Of a stretch of 64,000 nt of DNA, positions 51,995 to 61,781 are shown in pieces; position 1 is the stretch's first letter, and the number at the start of each line of letters is the position of its first letter. The notes under the pieces are model-generated. The model had not been told where the DNA came from, did not search any database, and was given only the letters and a program-made list of their open reading frames with translations. This stretch comes from an uncultured Chloroflexia bacterium (GTDB lineage Bacteria > Chloroflexota > Limnocylindria > QHBO01): the NCBI GenBank assembly GCA_963839635.1, contig CAWIVT010000003.1, positions 3,187 to 67,186 of the forward strand, given 5' to 3'. A program made the translations under genes and the position numbers.

Positions 51995-53958
51995 CTAGAG
52001 TGCCACGGCACTGGCGCCCGCGCGGCGTCTGCGGACCAGGTGCAGCATCGCCCCGACTGCGATCGCCACCAGCCCGGCGCTCACGAAAAGCGGGTCGGTG
52101 TAGAGGCAGGCCAGGGCGCCCGAGGCCATGAGCGCTCGTTCAACCCGGGTGGCCGGCCCCAGCAGCCACCCGCCGGTGGCAACGGCCAATGCGGCGACCG
52201 CCACGGCCGCTACCGGCAGCACCCAGAGCATGTTCAGCAGGTCGCCACGGAGCAGGAGCGCCTCCCCGGCTGGCGCCAGCACGAACACGAACGGCACCAG
52301 GAACGCGGGCAGCGTGTAGCGCCACGCCATCATCATCGTGCGGGTGGGGCTGGCGCCGGTGATCGCGGCCGCCGCATACGCCGAGAGGGCGGTCGGTGGC
52401 GACACCTCCGAGAGAACCGCGTAGTAGAAGATGAACATGAGCGACGCGTAGCTGGGCACGTCGAAGGCGTCGAACGCCGGCTTGATGATCACTGCCGCGA
52501 TGATGAACGAGGCGGTCACCGGGACCGCAAGGCCGAGCAGCATGACTGCCAGGCCGGAGAAGAGCGCGGTCAGCGCCAGGCTTCCCGCGGCCAGGGCAAC
52601 AATGATTCCGGCCAGCTTCAGCCCCAGGCCGGTGAGCGTCACCACGCCGACGATGATCCCCGAGGCGGCGCAGACCGCCGCCACGGGCAGGACGCCGACG
52701 GCGCCGGCGGCCAATGCGTGCCACAGCCTGCGGGGCGTGAGGCGGTGGTCCCGGTCCAGGAAGCTGAGGGCGAAGGCGAGCAGCGTCGACAGGACGACGG
52801 CGCGGAACGGCGTCATGCCGAGGACCATGAAGATGACGATCGCGAACAGCGAGCTGAAGTGGTACCCGTATCGCAGAAGCTGCGCCCCGAGTGGCGGTAT
52901 CTCGACGGGCACCGCGCGTGTACGGAACCGCCGCGCGTCGAGCTCGACGGCGAGGATGATGCCCAGGTAATAGAGCAGCGTCGGCACGGTCGCCAGGAGC
53001 AGGACGACGAGATACGACTCGCGAAGCAGCTCCGCAATGATGAAGGCGGCGGCACCGAGGGTCGGCGGTGACAGGATGGCTCCGATACCGGCCGCGGCCA
53101 GGACTCCACCGCCCTGAGCCTTCGGGTACCCCGCGCGGCGAAGGACCGGCCAGGAGACGCTGCCCAGCGTGACCGTGGTGGCCACACCCGATCCCGATAC
53201 GGTGCCCAGCAGGAAGCCGGCAAGCGTGACGGTCCGCCCCGGCCCGGCGCTCGACTGGCCGAACGCGGCGAAGCTCACGTCGAGGAAGAACCTGGAGGCG
53301 CCCGAGTATTCGAGCACCGCGCCATAGATCGTGAACAGGACGATGTAGGTGGCCGCGACCTGGAGCGGCGTGCCGAAGATCCCGGCCGACGTCATGTAGA
53401 CATGGCCGATGAAGCGCGGGAGCGCGTAGCCGCGGTGGGCGATGACGTCGGGCAGGATCGGCCCGAAGTAGGCGTACGCGATGAAGACCGCGACGACCAC
53501 CACCATGATCCAGCCGACCGTGCGCCGCGTGGCCTCGAGGATGACGATGACGGCCAGCACCCCCATCGCGATGTCGAGCGGGGTGGGAACCACCGCCCTC
53601 CTCGAGAACTCCTCGTAGAAGATGATGGCGTACACCATCGGCACCGTGGCGAGGATGGCCAGGATCCAGTCGAGCGGCCCCGGATTGTCCGCCGGCCCGT
53701 CCTTTGCGACGCGTTTCGAGCGTTCCATCCGCGGTAGACGAGGAAGGTCATCGCGAGGGCCACGGCGGCGAATGCCGGGATGTAGATGTTGGCCGTGATC
53801 GTCCCGAAGAAGGCGAGCACCCAGTAGACCGCGAAGAGCGAGAGCGCCACGCCGATGGCCGACACCACCTGCTTCGGCCAGCCGGAGAGCGAGCGTCCCG
53901 GCTTCTCGGCGTCGTACTCGGCGATCAGCGCGGCATCGCGTGCCTCCCGCTCGCTCAC
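51995..53958 (-). CDS. TRAP transporter fused 4TM/12TM permease (frameshift near 53725)
   Basis: LEATRR, GIFGTPL, GTVSGSGVA, PPTLGAAAF, SEVSPPTA. Confidence 0.92.
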
Positions 53959-54464
53959 CTGGCGTCCTCGACGCTCAGCACGACGAGCGACTCGTCGCGG
54001 TCCGCGACGAGCTGCCAAAGGGCGATCACCTGGTCACCGGCAACCAGCGTCCGCTTGCCGAGCTCGGTTGCCCGCACATGGAGCGGAAGCCCGATCGGCG
54101 GCCGCTCCACAGCGACCTGCCAGGTCATGGTTGTGGCGTTCGACGCCGGATGCGCCCCGAAGGCGGCGTAGTACTCCTCGAGCACCGCCAGCTCCTCGGA
54201 GCGCAGCTCCACGAGGCGAAGCCGTCCGTCGTCGACGACGAAGTGCTCTTCCGCGATCGAGTGGTAGAGCGAGTTGCGATACCTCAGGGCGAACGACTGG
54301 GTGGGCGGCAGCGCGGCTCTTGCCAGCTCGCTGCCGGCGCCGTCACGGACCACCACCCATGGCCCACCGCCGGCCGCGGCGACGGCGCCGGACACCCCCG
54401 ATGCCAGGGCCAACAAGGCGGTCGCAGCGAGGCCGGCGCGACGCCGGCCCCGCCATCGGTCCAT
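53955..54464 (-). CDS. DUF1850-family TAXI-TRAP accessory protein
   Basis: FALRYRNSLYHSIAEEHF; position between TAXI receptor and permease. Confidence 0.75.
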   Translation of the reverse strand: MDRWRGRRRAGLAATALLALASGVSGAVAAAGGGPWVVVRDGAGSELARAALPPTQSFALRYRNSLYHSIAEEHFVVDDGRLRLVELRSEELAVLEEYYAAFGAHPASNATTMTWQVAVERPPIGLPLHVRATELGKRTLVAGDQVIALWQLVADRDESLVVLSVEDAR

Positions 54465-54467
54465 CGG

Positions 54468-55502
54468 TCAGGACCCCAAGAAGGCCTGTGCCCCCGGGCA
54501 CACGTCCATGAAGGCGACGTCGCCCGCCGTCTCCTGGTCGAGCTCCTCGGCGGCCGGGTGGACCGCCACCAGGTCGTCCTTGTGTTCGAAGACGAGCGCC
54601 GTCAGCTGTTCCTGGAGCCCTTCGTCCATGCTCGTGCTGACGACGAGCACGTTCGGGACGCCGACGACGGCCACCGCCTCGTCCTGTCCCTCATAGGCTC
54701 CGGCCGGGATCTCCGACTCGAGGTAGTACTCGCCGTACGTTTCCTGCATGTCGGCAGTGAACTCGCCGGTCGGCACGATAACCATGTCACCGGTGCTGGC
54801 GTAGTCGACGAGCGCGCCGGTCGGCAGCCCGCCTGACCAGAAGCCGGCGTCCAGCGTCCCGTCCCGCAGAGCGTCGACGGTCTCGGCCACGCCCAGCTGG
54901 GCGCGCTCGACGTCGGCGTCGGGGTCGATTCCTGCGGCCTCGAGGATGCGCAGACCGATGACCTCGGTCCCGGATCCCGCTTCCCCGAGGGAGACGCGCT
55001 TGCCGGCCAGGTCCGCGACGGTGGCGATCCCGCTGTCGGCGGACGCCACCAGCTGGGTGAAGTTGGTGTACAGGATGCCGAGCGTGCAGGCTTCCACTGC
55101 GCCGCTTTCGAACTCGCCGGCTCCGTTCACGGCGTCCGAGGCGGTGTCACCGAGGACGAAGGCGATGTCCGATTCGCCGGAGCCGATGAGGTTCATGTTG
55201 TCGACTGATGCGTTCGTCTCCTCGGCCGTGGCGGTGTAGCCCTCGACGTTCTCGCTGATCAGGTCGGCCAGCCCGCCGCCGAGCGGGAAGTACACGCCGC
55301 CGGTGCCGCCCGTTGCGATGGACAGGCGGCCGGTCCCACTTTCCGCGCCGCTCGCCGGCGGCCCGCTGCCGTCCGTCGCGCCGTCGCCATCGCCATCGCC
55401 ATCGCCCAGCGGCTGGCAGGCGACAAGCAGGAGGACGAGGGCGACGGGGATGGTCGTGATGGCGTTCGGGCGCCACCGTCGGGTGCGATCCGATGCAGGC
55501 AT
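54468..55502 (-). CDS. TAXI-family TRAP solute-binding lipoprotein
   Basis: LVAC lipobox, IATGGTGGVYFPLGG, ASVDN, GSGTE. Confidence 0.93.
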   Translation of the reverse strand: MPASDRTRRWRPNAITTIPVALVLLLVACQPLGDGDGDGDGATDGSGPPASGAESGTGRLSIATGGTGGVYFPLGGGLADLISENVEGYTATAEETNASVDNMNLIGSGESDIAFVLGDTASDAVNGAGEFESGAVEACTLGILYTNFTQLVASADSGIATVADLAGKRVSLGEAGSGTEVIGLRILEAAGIDPDADVERAQLGVAETVDALRDGTLDAGFWSGGLPTGALVDYASTGDMVIVPTGEFTADMQETYGEYYLESEIPAGAYEGQDEAVAVVGVPNVLVVSTSMDEGLQEQLTALVFEHKDDLVAVHPAAEELDQETAGDVAFMDVCPGAQAFLGS

Positions 55503-55622
55503 TCCATGCTCCTCACTCTTGGCGACGGCTCCCTCCGCCTGCCGCCGCGAATGATTCGCTCGGGTCGTTGTCGGTGCGAAGCAAAGTCTACCGGTGCCGT
55601 CGAGAGCTCGGCCGGCGCCGCG

Positions 55623-57005
55623 TCAGACGCAGGCGGACCTGATCGCCTCCACCGTGCGGTCGATATCCGCCTCGGTCGTGTTCCACCCGCTGACGCTGAT
55701 TCGCATGGCGGCAACCCCGTGCCAGCTCGTGCCGCCCATCCACGCCTCGCCGCTCTGCTGCACGCGCCGGATCACGTCTCGGGTCCGCTCATCATCGTCG
55801 CCGAAGCGAACCAGGACCTGGTTGAGATTCACCTCGTTGAGGACCTGCGCACCCGGGACGGAGGCGAGCGCGTCGGCCATGCGCGTCGCCAGCGAGCAGC
55901 AGCGCTCGACGAGGTCGCGCACGCCGTCGCGACCGAGGGAGCGAAGGGTCGCGTAGAGCGCGAATCCCCTCGCGCGACGCGAGGAGTCAAGCACGTACTC
56001 CCATCCCTCCCGGTTCGTCCCGCTCGCCATGAGGTATGCGGCCGATGACGCCATGGCGGAACGGTGCGCATCCGGGTCACGCACCGCGACAAAACCGCAG
56101 TCGTATCCGACGTTCAGCCACTTGTGCGCATCGGTCGCCCACGAGTCGGCCGACTCCGAGCCCGCGACCAGGTGGCGGAGGCGTGGCACGGCAGCAGCCC
56201 AGAGGCCGAAGGCTCCGTCGACATGGAGCCACGCGTTCGAGTGGCCGCGCACCGCGGTCGCGATCGGCTCGAGCGGGTCGAAGGCGCCGGTGTTGACGTT
56301 GCCGGCCTGCGCGCAGACCAGGGCAGGGCGGCCCGCGGCCGCGGCGAGTGCGTCCGCAAGGGCATCGGCACGCATGCGTCCCTGCTCGTCGACGGCGACT
56401 CGCGTCACGCGGCCGCGGCCGAGTCCCAGGTACTGCAGCGCGGTGAGAACGGTGGCATGCGCCTCATCCCCGATGAGGACGGCGATCTCCGGCGCGTCGT
56501 AAAGCCCACGCTCCTCGACGTCCCAGCCGATCCGACCAAGGAGCGCGTGGCGCGCCGCGGCCATGCCGACCGTGTTGCCCAGCCCCGCGCCCGTGGGGAG
56601 GCCATGGCTCGCCTCCGCCGGAATGCCGAGCAGCTCCTTCATCCACTCGCCTGCGACCTGCTCGGCCGCGGCCGCTGCCGGGGAGAGGGCATGGACGGCG
56701 CTGTTCTGGTCCCACACCGCGGTCAGCCAGTCCGCCGCGACCGAGGCCGGCACGGCGCCCCCGACCACGAAGCCGAAGTAGCGGGGCCCCGCGCTCGCGA
56801 CGAGGCCGGGATCGACGTCACGTGCCATGCGTTCGATCACACCGAGTGGATCCTCGCCGGCGTCCGGGAGAGCCACGCGCAGCCGCTCCGCGACGGCGAT
56901 GGCATCCTCGCGTGCGCCGACGGGCCGTTCCTGCAGCCCGTCGAGGTACTCGCCGGCCAGCGCGGCCGTTCGTGCGAGGAGGGGATCGCGGTCCCTGGGC
57001 GGCAT
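55623..57005 (-). CDS. Group II PLP-dependent decarboxylase
   Basis: GPRYFGFV, AGNVNTGAFD, HVDGAFG, TDAHKWLNV. Confidence 0.92.
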   Translation of the reverse strand: MPPRDRDPLLARTAALAGEYLDGLQERPVGAREDAIAVAERLRVALPDAGEDPLGVIERMARDVDPGLVASAGPRYFGFVVGGAVPASVAADWLTAVWDQNSAVHALSPAAAAAEQVAGEWMKELLGIPAEASHGLPTGAGLGNTVGMAAARHALLGRIGWDVEERGLYDAPEIAVLIGDEAHATVLTALQYLGLGRGRVTRVAVDEQGRMRADALADALAAAAGRPALVCAQAGNVNTGAFDPLEPIATAVRGHSNAWLHVDGAFGLWAAAVPRLRHLVAGSESADSWATDAHKWLNVGYDCGFVAVRDPDAHRSAMASSAAYLMASGTNREGWEYVLDSSRRARGFALYATLRSLGRDGVRDLVERCCSLATRMADALASVPGAQVLNEVNLNQVLVRFGDDDERTRDVIRRVQQSGEAWMGGTSWHGVAAMRISVSGWNTTEADIDRTVEAIRSACV

Positions 57006-57008
57006 CGG

Positions 57009-58067
57009 TCAGTCGTGCCGAAGCTCGAGCGGCCGAAGCTCGCCGAGCCCTTCGGCCACCACCACGGCGTCGTCGCCGGCCAGCAGCCGGAAGTCGGCCG
57101 GTGGATTCGTCAGGGAGCGGCCGTCGCGCGTCACTGCCAGTAGGGTGGCGCGATGCTCGCCGCGCAACCGGGTCGACAGGTCGTCGATCGAGAGCCCGAC
57201 ATAGGAGTCCGGCAGCGCGACGCGGTATAGCTCGGAGCCGTCACCGCCGGAGACGATGTCGGTCACCATCTGCGACAGTCCGGGGTAGAGCGCCGAGCGC
57301 GCGAGCAACCGTGACGCGAGGCGCGAGGTGACGAGGATCTCGTCGGCGTTGGCCCGACGGAAGTGGTCGACATGCCCGGGGTTGTTGGCCTCCACCACCG
57401 TGCGAACCTTGGGCGCGATCGACTCGATCGCCATGATGGAAAGGATCGAGCGCATGTCCGCCTCGTTGGATCGATCCGACGGAAAGACGATGGCTGCGCT
57501 CGCCTCGCGGATCCCGGTCCGCTCGAGGTCGTCGGTGCTCGTGATGTCCCCGCGCACGAAGTAGACGCCGTCGCCGGCCGGGTTTCGCTCGCTGTCGCAC
57601 AGCACGACCACCTTGGTGGTGTACTCGTCTCCGTGGAGCTCCTCGATGAGGTCGCGTGCCGTAGTGTTCCAGCCGCACACGACGATGTGGTCGCGGTAGC
57701 CCGCAGCACCCATGCCCTGGCCCTCCTTGAGAAGCATGTCGATGAAGAAGCCGACGACCGCGCCGGTCATTGCCGCGACGACCGCCACGCCGAAGAAGGC
57801 GAGCACCCATCCGACGATGAACCCGCCGGGCGAGGTCACATAGCTGGCGTCGCCCGAGCCGATGACGGTGGTGATGGCCCAGTAGAACGAGGTTCCGAAC
57901 CCGCCGAGCGTCAGCCGCTCGGGTTCGAGCAGCGTGACGGCGATCGCCGCCACGACCACGAAGGCAACGACAGCCGATAGCAGCGAGCTGAAGAAGTGCC
58001 GATCCATCTGCCCGCGAATGCGCCTGGCGTGGAAGCCGATGCGCCGAATCAGCGGAGCCGCGAACAT
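57009..58067 (-). CDS. 2TM ion channel with RCK (TrkA-N/C) domain, non-canonical filter
   Basis: TM1, pore helix SFYWAITTVIGSGD, TM2, then HIVVCGWN, FVRGD, ANADEIL. Confidence 0.85.
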   Translation of the reverse strand: MFAAPLIRRIGFHARRIRGQMDRHFFSSLLSAVVAFVVVAAIAVTLLEPERLTLGGFGTSFYWAITTVIGSGDASYVTSPGGFIVGWVLAFFGVAVVAAMTGAVVGFFIDMLLKEGQGMGAAGYRDHIVVCGWNTTARDLIEELHGDEYTTKVVVLCDSERNPAGDGVYFVRGDITSTDDLERTGIREASAAIVFPSDRSNEADMRSILSIMAIESIAPKVRTVVEANNPGHVDHFRRANADEILVTSRLASRLLARSALYPGLSQMVTDIVSGGDGSELYRVALPDSYVGLSIDDLSTRLRGEHRATLLAVTRDGRSLTNPPADFRLLAGDDAVVVAEGLGELRPLELRHD

Positions 58068-58235
58068 GGCGCGCAGCGGATTGGGCAACTCGGTAGATCC
58101 TCCATCGCGGCACGATCCGACGCTCGGGGAGCCTCGGCGGTCGCATTCTGCCAGCGTCGCGGGTCGCCGCGCTAGCGACATTCGGCCGAGAGGTTGCCGC
58201 GTACCATCAGCACGTAATTAGCTAGCGATCGAGCC

Positions 58236-58988
58236 ATGCCCATCCAGCCCACCCTCACCCGCCTCCGCGTGTATAACGTGGTGATGGGCGCGTTGCACGC
58301 CGCGCAGGGCGTCCTGCTGCTCGCCCTTTCCAACGACTTTTCGCTCCCGGTCACCGCGGCCTTCATGGAGGGACCGCCTGGCTCGCCGGCGACCACGGTG
58401 GAGCTCTTTACGGTGCCGCTCGGGCCAGCCGTCGCTGCGTTCCTCTTCATGTCCACGGCGGCGCACCTGCTGATCGCCGGCCCGATCTGGGGCTGGTATC
58501 GGGCGCAGCTCGGTCGGAATCGCAGCTATGCCCGCTGGATCGAGTACGCGTTCAGCTCGTCGCTCATGATCGTATTGATCGCCATGATCACCGGCATCGC
58601 CGACGTGGCAGCGCTGATCGCGATCGGCGGCGTGAACGCCTCGATGATCCTCTTCGGGCTACTCCAGGAGCACTACGAGGAGCCCGGAAGTCGCGGGTGG
58701 CTACCCTTCATCTTCGGCTGTATCGCCGGGGCGATTCCGTGGCTGGGGATCGGGATCTACCTGTGGAGCCCTGGATCGTCGGCCGAGCCGCCGGCGTTCG
58801 TGTACGCGATCTTCGTGTCGCTGTTCGTCTTCTTCAACTCGTTCGCGCTGAACATGATCCTGCAGTACCGGCGCGTGGGTCCGTGGCGCAGCTATCTGTT
58901 CGGCGAGTCTGTGTACGTGCTGCTGAGCCTCGTGGCGAAGTCCGCTCTCGCCTGGCAGGTCTTCGCGAATACGCTCGTCCCCACCTGA
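58236..58988 (+). CDS. heR: Heliorhodopsin
   Basis: RLRVYN..GALHAAQ (His), AAHLL (His), RWIEYAFSSSLM (counterion Glu), retinal lysine LSLVAKSALAWQVF. Confidence 0.96.
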   Translation: MPIQPTLTRLRVYNVVMGALHAAQGVLLLALSNDFSLPVTAAFMEGPPGSPATTVELFTVPLGPAVAAFLFMSTAAHLLIAGPIWGWYRAQLGRNRSYARWIEYAFSSSLMIVLIAMITGIADVAALIAIGGVNASMILFGLLQEHYEEPGSRGWLPFIFGCIAGAIPWLGIGIYLWSPGSSAEPPAFVYAIFVSLFVFFNSFALNMILQYRRVGPWRSYLFGESVYVLLSLVAKSALAWQVFANTLVPT

Positions 58989-59001
58989 CGGCTGCGCGAG
59001 G

Positions 59002-59607
59002 CTATCCCAGCGGCGCGCTGAGCTGCCCTTCCACCAGGGGCTCGCCCACGATCCCGGCAAGGCGCTCGGCGATCGACCACCAGTCGAACTCGCCCGTCAC
59101 CTGGCTGGCCGGCACGCTCAGCACCCTGTCATCTGGCAGGTAGTCAGGCTGGACGCGGTCGAGGATGGCCTCGATCTCATCGCGGAAGGTGTCGTTGGTC
59201 GAGCGGACCCCGTCCTCGAGCAGGCCGACGTCCGGCAGGAGCCGCACGCTCAGGTCGTAGGTGCGTGACCAGCGGCGAATGAGCGGCTCGATCCCGAACG
59301 GATCCTCACCGCCGGTGACGCGGAGGTAGTAGGCGAAGTTGTCGACGACCGAGCGATCGGTGACGAGCACCTCGGCGCGATGGGCAAGCTCGAGCTCCTG
59401 CTGCACCTGGCTGACCAGCACCCACAGCTGCGCCTCCGGAGTTGCCCCCTCATTCAGCCCGAGCGGGTTGAAGCGGACCACCTCGCGCCCGACCTCGACG
59501 CTTCGCCCGGCACGCCCGACGGTCGATGCGAAAGCGTGCACCGCGTTCGACTTGCGCACGGAGTGCGAGCCGATGAACGCGATCTTGGCGTGGCGAGTCC
59601 AGGGCAT
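59002..59607 (-). CDS. AAA_28/NadR-like P-loop kinase-fold protein with altered Walker A
   Basis: KIAFIGSHSVRKS, REVVR, AQLWVL..Q..E, VTDRSVVDNFAY, DGVRS. Confidence 0.75.
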   Translation of the reverse strand: MPWTRHAKIAFIGSHSVRKSNAVHAFASTVGRAGRSVEVGREVVRFNPLGLNEGATPEAQLWVLVSQVQQELELAHRAEVLVTDRSVVDNFAYYLRVTGGEDPFGIEPLIRRWSRTYDLSVRLLPDVGLLEDGVRSTNDTFRDEIEAILDRVQPDYLPDDRVLSVPASQVTGEFDWWSIAERLAGIVGEPLVEGQLSAPLG

Positions 59608-59621
59608 CGGTGCCGTCAAGC

Positions 59622-60797
59622 CTACAGGCAGGGGCCGGTACTGACGGCCGCCGTCGAACCGATGAACGGCCCGATGCTCGCCTGCGCCTGGTCCGCGCCG
59701 ATGGCGTAGCCGACATCGGTGGCGACCTGCGACCCGCCAAACACGACAGCCCCCACTGTCCCCGGAGCGACCACGAGCGGGCCACCGCTGTTCCCGGGCC
59801 GGATCTGCGTCCGCATCTCGACCACGCTGCGCTCGTTGATGCCGTCTCCGTAGATATCCGGGCCGCCGATCTCGTAGGAAGCCGTTACGGCGGCGGCCGT
59901 CATCATCATGTCGCCACCCCCCGGAAACCCCAGGATGACGCCCGTTGCGCCGCGCGGCGGTGCCTCTGCGCTCAGCAGGAGGGCTGGAGCCCGCCCGGTG
60001 GGGACGTGAAGCAGCGCCAGGTCGGCGTCCGGGTCGAAGGCAACGACGGCCGCCGCGTGCACCGCGCCCGAGATCGTGACGGTCGTCTCCGATCCACCGG
60101 CGACGACGTGCGCGTTGGTGACCAGGTGCGTCGCGGAGACGAAGAACCCGCTGCCGACGGCGATGCCCGCCCCGCACCCGACGCTGGTGACGAGGGCCGT
60201 GCTTGCCAGCGCCGAGTCGGCCAGTGCGCGGACCTCCGTCCCGACCGGGAGGTCGACAGGCGGCGCCGGGCTCGGCTCGAGGCCGGCGAAGAGCGGTGGC
60301 AGATCGGTCGTGTCGAGCAGGGTCAGGAGTAGCCCTGCCACCACGGTGGGGGGCGGCAGGCGCTCCTCGACGAGCCGCAGCGTCGCCGATTCCCGCGCTG
60401 CGGCGCCGATGCCCGGCGCCACCCCGGCCATCAGCATGCCGCTGACCAGCCAGACGAACAGGAGGACGTGCGCGGCCCCGACGACGGCGCCGCCCACCGC
60501 GTCCAGCGGACGGAGCCCCATGCCTCGCATCTCCCGGCTCATCTTCGTGCCGATGGCCGCGCCGCTCGCCTCGCCGACCAGGACGAACGCCCCGAGCGCC
60601 ACGAAGGTCGTCACGGCGCGAAGCGGCTGCTCGATGTTCGCGAGCTGGTCGCGGAAGACGCTCGCCAGCAGGAGCGCCACGGCGAAGCCGATGGCCGCGC
60701 CGATGAGGCCGAGGATGGGACCGAGCAGTCCGGCACGTGTGCCGGCAAGGACCCCGAGCACGAGAAGGGCCGCCACGGCGGCGTCGACGAGGTTCAT
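59622..60797 (-). CDS. MarP-family serine protease (CvpA TM domain plus trypsin-like domain)
   Basis: Four N-terminal TMs; TNAHVV, DLALL, GNSGGP triad; Cys pair (GCG, C-terminal TGPCL). Confidence 0.9.
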   Translation of the reverse strand: MNLVDAAVAALLVLGVLAGTRAGLLGPILGLIGAAIGFAVALLLASVFRDQLANIEQPLRAVTTFVALGAFVLVGEASGAAIGTKMSREMRGMGLRPLDAVGGAVVGAAHVLLFVWLVSGMLMAGVAPGIGAAARESATLRLVEERLPPPTVVAGLLLTLLDTTDLPPLFAGLEPSPAPPVDLPVGTEVRALADSALASTALVTSVGCGAGIAVGSGFFVSATHLVTNAHVVAGGSETTVTISGAVHAAAVVAFDPDADLALLHVPTGRAPALLLSAEAPPRGATGVILGFPGGGDMMMTAAAVTASYEIGGPDIYGDGINERSVVEMRTQIRPGNSGGPLVVAPGTVGAVVFGGSQVATDVGYAIGADQAQASIGPFIGSTAAVSTGPCL

Positions 60798-60925
60798 GGA
60801 CCCCGCAGCCTAGCGGCTATCGTGGCGGACCACCCGCGTCGGGATCGGCTTCGGACGGGGTGTAGAGTATCGCCTCCATCCAGCCATCACTGTCAGCCGG
60901 CAAGGCTCATCGGAGGTCCAACTTC

Positions 60926-61774
60926 ATGGCGCGAATCGTCCGCGCGGCGCTGCTCCAGGCGGAGTGGACCGGCGACAAGGAGTCGATGATCGAGAAGCAC
61001 GAGAAGTACGCGCGGGAGGCGGCGGCCGACGGCGCGAAGGTGATGTGCTTCCAGGAGCTCTTCTACGGCCCCTACTTCTGCCAGGTCCAGGACCCGGAGT
61101 ACTTCTCCTACACCGAGCACATCCCCGACGGGCCGACGACCAAGCGGATGCAGGCGCTGGCGAAGGAGACAGGGATGGTCCTCATCGTGCCGATGTACGA
61201 GGAGGACGAGCACGCGCAGGGCATCTACTACAACACCGCGATCGTCATCGACGCCGACGGCACCTATCTCGGCAAGTACCGCAAGACGCACATCCCGCAG
61301 GTGAAGGGCTTCTGGGAGAAGTTCTATTTCCGGCCGGGCAACCTGGGGTATCCGGTGTTCGACACGGCGGTCGGCAAGGTCGGCGTCTACATCTGCTACG
61401 ACCGCCACTTCCCCGAGGGCGCCCGCGCCCTTGGCCTCAACGGGGCCGAGATGGTCTTCATCCCATCGGCCACCTCCCGCGGCCTCTCCGAGTACCTGTG
61501 GCGCATCGAGCAGGTATCGCACGCCGTCGCGAACGGCTATTTCGTCGGCACCATCAACCGGGTCGGCATCGAGCCGCTCGGCGAGAACGACTTCTACGGC
61601 CAGTCCTACTTCGCCGATCCGCGCGGCCAGTTCATCGGCGAGGTCGGCGATGCGCACGAAGAGGAGCTGCTGGTCCGCGACATGGACCTCGACCAGGTGA
61701 CCGAGGTGCGGCAGCTCTGGCAGTTCTACCGCGATCGCAGGCCGGACGCCTACGACGATCTCGTCCGCCCCTAG
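60926..61774 (+). CDS. Nitrilase-family beta-ureidopropionase-like hydrolase
   Basis: CFQELFYGPYFC, KYRKTHIP, FWEKFYF, ICYDRHFPE (Glu-Lys-Cys triad). Confidence 0.92.
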   Translation: MARIVRAALLQAEWTGDKESMIEKHEKYAREAAADGAKVMCFQELFYGPYFCQVQDPEYFSYTEHIPDGPTTKRMQALAKETGMVLIVPMYEEDEHAQGIYYNTAIVIDADGTYLGKYRKTHIPQVKGFWEKFYFRPGNLGYPVFDTAVGKVGVYICYDRHFPEGARALGLNGAEMVFIPSATSRGLSEYLWRIEQVSHAVANGYFVGTINRVGIEPLGENDFYGQSYFADPRGQFIGEVGDAHEEELLVRDMDLDQVTEVRQLWQFYRDRRPDAYDDLVRP

Positions 61775-61781
61775 CACATCG

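Noticed and set aside
55381-55406. CGCCAT tandem microrepeat, and EPAxS repeats at about 46570-46640
   Set aside because: They encode low-complexity lipoprotein linkers (GDGDGDG, SEPAGSEPAA); not CRISPR or phase-variation tracts.
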